Below, in pieces: positions 31,695-41,135 of a stretch of DNA of 41,135 nucleotides. Position 1 is the first letter of the stretch, and each line of letters starts with the position of its first letter. The DNA is taken from positions 1-41,135 of the forward strand of contig RBNJ01000114.1 in NCBI GenBank assembly GCA_003990765.1, written 5' to 3'. The notes below the pieces were generated by a model, which did no database searches, was not told where the DNA came from, and saw only the letters and a program-made list of their open reading frames with translations. Position numbers and translations under genes: made by a program. This DNA is from Jimgerdemannia flammicorona (taxonomy: Eukaryota).

Positions 31695-32852
31695 ATTACA
31701 GTACCGCGACGATCATCTCGCGAGCTCCTCCTTTACGTGGATCAACACCGCCGCCAGCGCACCGTAGGCCGCCGACCAGGTCGAGGACAGGAGCGCAGGC
31801 GCGGGGAGGGAGGGGGGGGGCAGTAACATTCCTTAATCGGCGTCGGGCGTGTTGCAACAGCACGGAGGTGGCGTGTGTACATGTGTAATGAAAGCTTGGC
31901 CGGGACGAAATGATGACAAAAATGGGCAATTTTTGAGTGCTCTGTAACCAACCCTTATTCCTTGTTTTCTGCTTGCATTCCCGCACCACACCGCATCGAC
32001 GTAACCCACCAACCATGCGATCTCGCGTAAACCGTACGATTCGTTGACCTTTAGGGACATTAATTTGGATGTGAGGAGCTGAGTGAGATTTGGACGTGAA
32101 CTGAGTGGGTTTATCGGCGACGGAAATGATGTTCTCCAGTTTATAGACGCTAGCTGAGATGTGGCAGTCAGAGTCGTATTACACGACCATTAAATACTGC
32201 CCGGACTCGTCTGGATGGCTGTGGTAAACCCTCCATGTAGCTGTAGTTTGCTAGCTTCAATCTAAACGAAAGAAAAGAGGGTTGACTAGGAAGGGAGGGA
32301 GGAAAAGGTGCGTGGGAATACAGCAGCATCACAACAAAACTATCAGGATACTGAATGGAGAATTCGCGTAAAATATGGACGCATGCACACATGTTTGTCA
32401 AAGTTGGAGTTCAAGCGTATTGGCGAACCAATGCATGAATTCCTGTCTAGGAACAAAGTCTTACGAAGAAACTACCGACCAGTTCTAGCTTCAGAACCAT
32501 TTCGACCTCGACAGAAGGGTAGAAGAGAAAAAAGCTTTTGGAACGCGCGAGGGGTCGATATCCGCAAACTAATTACATATCATCTGCATGGACGAGCGCG
32601 TAAAGGGGATGCAGCAAGTGACGTCGTTGCGCCACCGAGCAGCTGGTACCTTTTCAACCCTGCACGCCGACCTTTAATGGATGTGTCTGATGTATCCGTC
32701 CAACATTGTCCAAGAATCCTTCGCGCACAAAGCGGTATTATGACACCCAGTATCATATAAAAGCCCTCATTCCAACGCAACCTTCTCTCTCCACACAGCC
32801 AAATAACTCAAGCACACTCTTCCCCAAAAACAAGCCTACCCTCTAGAAATAA

Positions 32853-34478
32853 ATGGAATCCCGCACCGCTACTACCGCCAGTTCCGCCACCACCCGCACC
32901 AAGAAAACTCTCGTCATCACCTGCGGTGACAGCTACCTCGGCCACTGCATTGCCGCTTACCTCCTCCGTGAGTCTGAGCGCAACGGCCGTGATCGCCACA
33001 GCGAGTGCCGCATCCGCGTCCTATGCCGTCGCGAGAAAAACTGCGACGATTTGAGGGACATGGGCGCCGAGATCGTTGTAAGTGTTCATTTTTTATTTAT
33101 TTATACGATCATTTGCGATTACATGGATGCTAAGTAATTATATGTTCTTAAATAGGAAATCGACTACGATGACCGCAGGGCCCTCCGCCGTGCCTTCCGC
33201 GACTGCGAGTGCGCCATCTTCATCCCGGACATGACCCACAACCGTGTCCGCCACGGGGAGCGTATCATCGAGGCTATGGAGAAGGAGAATCTTCGCCATG
33301 TTCTCATGATGTCCACGTGAGCATTCAAAACTCAATATTCTGTCAGAACCGGGATATTGGGATGGTAATTTAGTCGCTAAAGTTTCCTCGGTTCGCTTTT
33401 CAGGATCGGCGCTGCGTCCAACGACAGGAAGCTTAGGAATCTCTGCGAATTCAGGGAGCTTGAGAGGTGCCTCCAGGACAGCTTCACCAGGGGCAGGTGG
33501 TGCATCTTCAGGTAAAATATCTTCATTTGCCATCAGGCTGCTCACGCGTACGTTGACGTCAAACGCATCTAACGATTCCCTCGCTACGCAAACGCAGGCT
33601 CGAATTCCTCTATCAGTACTTCCTCCTTTGGGCCCCCGCAGTCGAGGATGAGCGCGTCCTCAAGATGAGCACCGGCCACGACGGTCGTTTTGCCCCCGTC
33701 AACCTCCGCGACGTCTGCCGCGCTACCTACATCGCCTTGACTCGCCACCGCCGCAACGGCGACAATGATCGTGACGGCCACCGCGCCCTGGAAGCCCAGC
33801 CCCAGCCCCAATCCCAGGCCCAGAGCACCCCGGAGGGCTTCCGCTGGATCCCCATGGACGAGCGCCACCACCGCCGCGTGTACTGCCTCACGGGCTCCGA
33901 CGCTGTTAGCGGTGAAGAGTTGGCGCGCATTCTCGGCGACGCGATCGGCGAGCGCGAGATCCGGTTCGAGAACGTGTCGCGTTCCGAGATGAGGAGAGAG
34001 CTGGAGAGGTGGCGCGACGAGGATGGGAAGCGCGGTAGGCGCGATGGACCCCAGGAGGGTTTGCTCGCTCAGGTTGCTGGTGCCGTCGCTCAGGCTGTCG
34101 GGGCTGGGCGCGGAGATGAGCGTCGGGACGATGACCGTCGCGATGGTGATAGGAAGGACCGCGACGGCCGCCACCGCGCGTCGTTGAGGCGCCACCTTAC
34201 GGAGACCAAAATCGAAACTATGCTCGACTTTTTTGAGTACGTCAAGTCTGGCGGTGCTGACTTCACTTCTGGTAGGCCTGTCTACGAGTCGTTGCATATC
34301 GAGCCTCACCACGTCCACATATCCTTCCGCTAAATTCCTTCCTTTATGTGCAGATGATCTCGCCGATATCATTGGCGAGAAGCCGGAATCGCTTGAGAAA
34401 TTCTTCAGGGAGCATCGTGACGAGTTCAGGGGCGACGGTGATAGACGCGGTCGCGACGAGGACAAGCGCCAGAAGTGA
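32853..34478 (+). CDS. NmrA-like / atypical SDR NAD(P)-binding Rossmann-fold protein, 5 exons
   Basis: TATAAAAG at ~32756. LVITCGDSYLG, IRVLCR, GAEIV-EIDYDD, FAPVNLRDV and YCLTGSDAVSGEELARILG. GT-AG introns 33078-33155, 33317-33403, 33512-33598 and 34272-34353. R/D-rich low-complexity inserts. Confidence 0.85.
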
Positions 34479-36240
34479 GGCTGCACCTTGTGTGCCATAT
34501 TTCCTAGCTCGCTCTTAGCCAGCAACAAACAGAAATTCATAAAACACTAGAAGCCTTTAAAAGAATAAAAGCAAAGTGAATACAGAAAATAAAACAATGA
34601 TAAGGTACCAACGATAGTAAGCAGGTGACCGTTTTTAGGTCGTTGTCTTCCACCAACAAGGGGAAGTAAGTTATCGGGAAGTAAGATCGAAGAGTATCAG
34701 CGAGAGTAAACAGGGTGGTTATTTGCAGGTTGTTGTTTTCCACCCTGTTTGTTTGGGCAAAGGAAGGGAATAGTAAGCAAGTGGGTTGTTGCCTTCCACC
34801 ACTAGGGCATCCTGTTTGTTTGTGCAAATGAAAAGAGAAAAAAGAAAAAAAAAAAAAAGGATCTCACGATCCGTGCCCGGCCACTGGTCCGTATTTGTAT
34901 ACACGCCCGACCACTCTACCGTGCTCACACTCCTCTCGGCGCTTGGTATAAACACCAGTTTTGGCCCTGTTTAGCGCAGTTATGGGACTGGCCTTGTGCT
35001 TTGGGAGAGTTGGGCCGCCACTTAAGCGATTACCGGCGGTGGCTACTCAACGATATTCACTTTACTTATGTTACCCTGCAAGACGCGAGCCATTATCGTC
35101 TACTATCGGCACCGCGCTGATGCGCCGATCGCCAAACATGGAGATGACTTGGATGACGGGTGTGGACATGCGTAGGGACCGACCTTAAGCTCCGAGAGCG
35201 GCTGGCGCATCGATTTGGTCTCTTTGAACTGAAAAGCGAGAGCGTGGATACAATAATTAGCATGTAAGCGGACTACAGTCTTCAAATCGACGCCTTCCAT
35301 TTATCACCGACACCCACCTTCTTATCCCATGCTGCCTCGCTCGCCACCCAAACCCACACACCGCAATACGCACATTCACCGCAATGGACAATATATCTCC
35401 TGTACCGATTATCAAAATAGCGGATACCGACTTTGTGAGTTTCGCTGTGGCTTGAAATCAAAGATACCACCACAAGTGAAGGAAATTGAGAGACGTTGGT
35501 TTTCCGATGCGGCACCCGCTTGCGGTTCTTGCAGGAAGCCCGGCAATGGTCGTTAAGCGAGGAAGGAATAATATTCACATGGCAAAGATCACGATCCCTT
35601 TGCTTGCAGCTAGAGGGGATGAGGCAAGTCGACCAGGTTGTCGAAGCAAGTGAGGATCATATTTATTCTAGCTTTCATAGTTGCTAATTTATCTGATCAG
35701 GACATTCTGGTTGCGAACCATCGCAGTCACGTGAAGAAACGTCACCATCACACCTCTTCAAATGCCCAACCCAGGAGATCCATTTCAATCATCATACGCT
35801 CTCATATCTCATTATTCTTCATACAAAAAATGCTAGACAACATGCCTTATATAACCCGAAAAAATATAAAATGCACATATACAACAATTGCGTGGCTCCG
35901 GGATATAAAACAAACAACGGGATGATGCATAGTTATATGAGGATACGACGTGAAAATGTATGATATTTGCATAGCGCGTGCAGCGAGGGATGCGCACGTA
36001 GTTCGTGGGGCCGTTTATAAATCCTGCAGGAGATGAGAAGGGCAATGACGGAACTGTTAGTCACGGCGTTCACATCAGCACTCCAACAGAACCGTAAAGA
36101 TTTTGCACGCCGAATCATCAAGGCCCCCAAACCCGATCATTAAGCGTCTCGTAGCTTCAACCTACCACCGACCCTGGAACCCAACTCACCACCTCCCCTC
36201 TCCTCAATCAATAATGTCAATAAAAACAGTAATATAAGAA

Positions 36241-38409
36241 TCAACGCACCAAAAACCGATCGGGCATCAACACAGGGCCGGCGAGTGTCCAGCTGTACAG
36301 AATGATGCAGACCCAGCTGGAGACAACCTTGACCCAGACGGCGGTGTAGCTCTGGCCGACGCGGATGAGGTCCGGGTTCGAGTCGGAGGGGTCGGCCGTA
36401 ACCGTGTTCCTGGAGACCAGGGGGTTGGGCGATTATGATCCGGCAAGACTCGATTCGACTCAAGCCGACCCCATCACCATCACAATACAAACCACCCACT
36501 CTGTACCTACACGTGTTACACGGTATTAAATCCCAACCAAACCAAAAAGAAAAAGCGGGGACACCTACCAGTTGGTCAACAGCATAGCGACGTACATGGC
36601 GGCAATGGCAAAGATGAAATGGAAGAAAGAGTAGTTGTAAACGGCGCCGTTGCGCTCGTCGTCTTTGTCATCGCCGCCAACGTCATCGTCGTCGTCGTCG
36701 TCGTTCAGGGCCGAGGCTGGGAGGGAGCTGAGAAAGTAAGGATTCGGGGTTAAGTTGATGACTTTAGGCGGGCCAAACGGGTACGAAAAGTTGGAACAAT
36801 AAAACAAAACCCGCCTTCCCTCATAATAAAAGCAAAAACAGCTCACCCGCTCTCCACGGCGGCCAACAACGCCTCCCTGGAAGTCCCAGTAGCGCCACCA
36901 CCGCGGCTCACTCCTGCTTCAAGTTGATTAGGCATAAGCGGGACAGCGACATCATTATTGATGGGCTCATAATCGGATTTATTGATGAGCGCCCGACCTT
37001 GTGTTGCCGCCCTGCTCGTCGAGTACGCGATCGCAATAAACGTGAACACAGCTCCCATGACGACGCTGGCGGTCTTGCTCCCGGCACTCCGATGCAACGG
37101 ATTGCATTCCTTATCGTCGGGTTCGTTGGCAACGGCCGAAAGAATGAGATACGTGCAATAGGCGACGACCATGGAGGCCTGGGAGAGCCCTGATCGGGGG
37201 TTGGCCTCCTGGACGGCGGGTGCAATGCAGAGAGCAGTGGCAAGGAGGCAGAGAATCCAGTTGAAAGTGACAAAAAATTGGTTAAGATGGCACGATGAGC
37301 TGGCGAAGAAGGCGTACATGACGGCGGTAATGGCGACGGAGCCCAAATAGGCGAGCAGGGTGCCACCAATGAGGACAAACTTCCAGCGGTTGTCGGAGCC
37401 AACCTCCCAGCGATCTAGGCAGGTCTCAGACCAGGTGTGCGCGAAGTCGACGAGAAGGATTAGACCAAAGAGGATGAAGACCGCCGCGCCGAGGAGGGCA
37501 ATATAGTTGCCCCAGAACATGAAGAATTCGTTGGGAATGAAGAAGGAGATGACTAGTAGGGTGAGCCAGGCTAGGACCTTCGGACCCCACCAGCTGCGGA
37601 GAGTAGGAAGGGGTGAGAAAAGGGGAGAAGTTGCGCGAAATTATTTGTATACGTATGAATGTTGGATGCCGTCGTACCCGTTCTGAATTGACGCTCGCTT
37701 GTCACGGCTATCGTTAACACCAAGCAAGAGCAGGCCGAGAATGGTGTGGAAAAGGACAAGGGCGAAACATACGCGGTGAACCTAAAAGAAAATGAAAATC
37801 GGCACCGCGTCAACGTTTGAAACTCATACTTTACAAAACCCTTGTTATGCCGGCCATAAAATAGAGCAAGCAATCCACTTTAACACTCACCGCAATAACA
37901 CCGTAACATTTGCCTTCAGGGCAGTCGAGCTTCATGTAGTCGTACATTAGATGCTGTAGTTGCTCGATGGCCCATTTTGTGAGCATGAGGTAAGCGAGCT
38001 GGGGAGGGGTATCGAGGTATGTGCGGAATACTTTGAGCGTGAGTAGAGATGGAGAGAAAAAAAAAAAAAAAAAAAATGGCGATATAATAGGACGAGGGAA
38101 CAGGTTTCGCAATGGGCCGAAATCAAGCTGGCAATCAACACGAGGCTTACCACAGAGTTCAGCAAGAAAATAATCTATACATAAAGACAACAGTGTTATT
38201 ACATATCGCTTTAGCGCGTACACTACAAGTACGCAACCCTGGCACGCCTCGACGACACTCACTGCGAATCCGACCCTGGTGGCGATGGAATTGTTGCAGT
38301 TGCACGACTTGAAGGCGAGGGAGCAAGCTGCGGCGGAGAAACATGAGATAGCGATGTTGGCAATGGTGCCGAAGGCCGGAAGGGCGACGCAGCTTAGAAG
38401 GGCGCCCAT
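36241..38409 (-). CDS. TMS1: Serine incorporator (SERINC/TDE) family membrane protein, multi-exon
   Basis: MGALLSC...SCNCNNSIATR, CYG..AV.R, LILLVDFAHTWSE, VQEANPRSGLSQAS, YNYSFFHFIFAIAAMYVAMLLTNW and WVKVVSSWVCIILYSWTLAGPVLMPDRF. Stop at 36243-36241. Confidence 0.96.
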
Positions 38410-38624
38410 TTCGTTGCGGTGCGGTTGTGTAGGTGGTTTGTTGGAAAAGAAGGAAAGGCGAAGCCAAGACAAAAGGCAGTGGATCACGAGGTTTTGCGGG
38501 GCGCATTGACCAGCAATGTCAATACGCTATGGTGATGTCATTCGTGGCCACGAACGTGACACAAATTATGATCACGAATGTTTTATTACTGACAGCAGGT
38601 TTGAACATCGTAATATTCACTTCA

Positions 38625-39062
38625 CTACAACCCCTCTTCCTCCTTTATCCGGCGGACAATCTGCCTAGCCAGACCCTTGATCCGCCGATGTTCATATAGC
38701 GTCCCTAGCTCGCTGTAAAGCCTTTCCATGACACATAGGAACGCCACGAACTGCCCCTCCATCCGACCCAACTCCCTCCCGAGCTGGAATGCAATCTGGG
38801 CTGGGTCACCACTTTTGCTAATAGTGAGCTGCGAATTGGCAAAAATGCCACCATGGCTTGCGTCACGCTCTGGCGTCGGCTGCGGCTCGGACACGTTCGG
38901 GGTGCTAGACGTGGCTCTGGACTTAGTCGGTTTCGATTGCGGCGAGCTTGATGTGATCTCGCTGACTGGGATTGTTCCTTCGACACTCTGAAGATCATCC
39001 AAAACTGCTAACCGGCAAAAAGGTTCACCGGATGCGGATACTTGCGGCATTGGGCCCAAACT
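38625..39062 (-). CDS. Probable terminal exon of a hypothetical protein; upstream exons unresolved (fragments to ~40200)
   Basis: 144-codon open frame after a polypyrimidine/branch/CAG acceptor, with an S/P-rich linker and a helical C-terminus. No recognisable domain. Confidence 0.4.
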   Translation of the reverse strand, partial: SLGPMPQVSASGEPFCRLAVLDDLQSVEGTIPVSEITSSSPQSKPTKSRATSSTPNVSEPQPTPERDASHGGIFANSQLTISKSGDPAQIAFQLGRELGRMEGQFVAFLCVMERLYSELGTLYEHRRIKGLARQIVRRIKEEEGL

Positions 39063-39286
39063 GGGTTAATTGAGAGAAAGAAAATAAGTCAAAGGCGTGT
39101 GTGGAGCATTTGAGCTGGCAGAAAGAGTTGCTTACTCTATCTCCCTGCAGGGGTAGGATGCATACACCAGGAACCAAGGATGAGGCGGTTTTTAAAGCCC
39201 AGCCATCCGCACCCACAGACCCAAACCAAATTCCTCAGATCCCGCCACCATCCTTTTTACTTTCTACTCATCAGTTGCATAATTTG

Positions 39287-39501
39287 CGCATTCGCGGATC
39301 ACAGTTGATTCGCTTGCATCAAATAATATTATCAGCTTTTGCCATCACATACATATATTGGGTTTCAAGAGAAATGTTGCATAATTTGCTTGATATGGGT
39401 CACTTTTGCATCGCATTCGCGGATCACAGTTGATTCGCTTGCATCAAATAATATTATCAGCTTTTGCCATCACATACGTATATTGGGTTTCAAGAGAAAT
39501 G
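39287..39501 (+). repeat. 90-bp direct duplication (39287-39376 and 39412-39501, one mismatch)
   Basis: cgcattcgcggatcacagttg...gggtttcaagagaaatg occurs twice with a period of 125 bp. Confidence 0.92.
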
Positions 39502-41135
39502 AGCGGCTGATTCTCACATCACATAATATTGATCACGATTTCAACGCCATTCGCTCTGCTCCGTTGCACCCAATCTCACCTCTATCCAATAGTTTAACTC
39601 GATTGACAACGGCTACTTTCTTCTGACGCGCGTATAGGTCCTGATGCACTACTCTAAGGTATCGCGCGACGGCATGTACTCGCAGCCACTGCGCGACAAA
39701 CTTCCTATGTGATCATGGCGTCCGTCAGAGCAGGTTTTATGAGGTGGAGGGACAGAGTATAATATTGCAGTACGACACCCAACCCAACTCCTTCGCCTCC
39801 TTCACCTTGCCGGAGATTCGTTCGTTAGCCAAAGCGATAATCAAATGCCATCATGCACAGGACGCGCTTGGAACTCGCAGACATCGATAATTACCGACAA
39901 CGCAACTACTTTCAAGGCTCGATGGTAACCAACCTCATTGTAAAGATACACGCCACATCGACCTTTCTCGGAGCTTGCCTGGGTTCCACCTGCCATGCGC
40001 CAGCACTCGTACCACCCCACGTTTCCCGCGAAAGCCCCTCGGAGTCCTCTATCAACCGCTGGATCTTCTCGATCACCTCCCCGTGTGCCAAGTGGCTTAA
40101 AAATAGATATGTCAGCTGATATCTCTCGACAGGCCTCAACCCTCAGGCCAACGTTCTCTCCACAAAACCCAATTTATCAACATGTACACATATGTGGAAT
40201 CTCTGACAATCGCATCACGTCATTTAAGTAGTCTAACTGCCAAGCCAAGAAAGCTCTCTCTCTCTATCTATCTATATTTCGGCAAGGTCTGACGGGCCGT
40301 CTCTGCTGGGGCGTATATACGTAACACATTGTAATTCCATGTTATCGTTAACCTCATATCGATATCACAGGAAAACTTGCATTATACCTGGCTCACAGGT
40401 GCCTATTACTGAGATCTGCAATGATGCTGTCGAGAACTTCCTGAGTGGGGGCATCGACATCGTGAGAAAAAGTGTGTACGGCTTTGGGTAATATCTAATC
40501 ACTGATTTGAAACAATCGTCTCGAATTTCTTGTGCTGCCGCAAAGGTTAAAAAATAAAAAATTTGTCGCTTGGAAGTGTTAACACCACCAACAGGAAGAT
40601 GTATTATTTATTTATTTCAATTCTTAATAAATTTACATTTGGTGCATTTAATTTTTCTCCTCGTTGATCGGGATTTTACTTGGCCTGTCCAACGGCCTGG
40701 TCAAGACCAGTTTGGAAGAGGCTTTAGAAAGCTTAACATCTGATAGTAAGAAGTGACATCTAACTTGACAGTTTTAGATGGGGTTTTTGTCAGTTCATCG
40801 GCGGGGCGAGTGGATGATGTTCTGGAGCAATTATTTATAATAAAAGACTACATTGAGAAAATATCTCAGACGAATTCATGAATTTCGAAATGTATCCCTC
40901 TCTTATAAAAAGGGGGGTTTGTTTATTTTGAATGTCGGCAAAACTCGTCTGTCACGACGAGAGGAGAGACATTTTCGCAAAATTTTCGGATGACGTATAT
41001 AATTAATTACCAAAATCTTTGTTTTGCCTCGACAGGACGGTCATTCCCATAACCCCCACGAGGGGGTCCAAAACTGGTATAGATAAGCTGGCGTCTTCCC
41101 ATATACCTTTAACCCCGCGGGCCGAGGTGACGTCC

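Noticed and set aside
33584-34540. 318-aa minus-strand ORF
   Set aside because: Antisense to the GC-rich exons of the NmrA-like gene.
34860-36130. Short ORFs between the NmrA-like gene and SERINC
   Set aside because: No motif, with stops in all plausible frames. Possibly decayed coding DNA, but unsupported.

Overview
This is eukaryotic, intron-containing fungal DNA. Gene style and families suggest an early-diverging fungus (Mucoromycota-like, possibly Endogonales); this is inference only. Apparently intact housekeeping-type genes are SDH5/SDHAF2, a cPLA2/lysophospholipase-family gene, an NmrA-like NAD(P)-binding protein and SERINC/TMS1. Accessory content includes: (i) three paralogs of a secreted Cys/Gly/Tyr-rich precursor with repeated Cys domains separated by Kex2-type KR sites, two of them in a head-to-head inverted duplication around a poly-G tract; (ii) a broken NB-ARC (NLR-type) gene with a short N-terminus resembling a HET-s amyloid repeat, fused tail-to-tail to the truncated paralog; (iii) an intronless ricin-B-lectin plus M6 metalloprotease gene with no signal peptide (HGT candidate); (iv) a full-length but dead 8.76-kb Ty3/Gypsy element with ~1.5-kb LTRs and an ATAC TSD, carrying a dUTPase, a separately framed integrase and a cryptic ORF inside the LTR; (v) a strong transition-only mutation signature at CpG and CpA in repeats, resembling RIP; and (vi) several pseudogene fragments. 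All calls come from manual translation and motif recognition; no searches were run.
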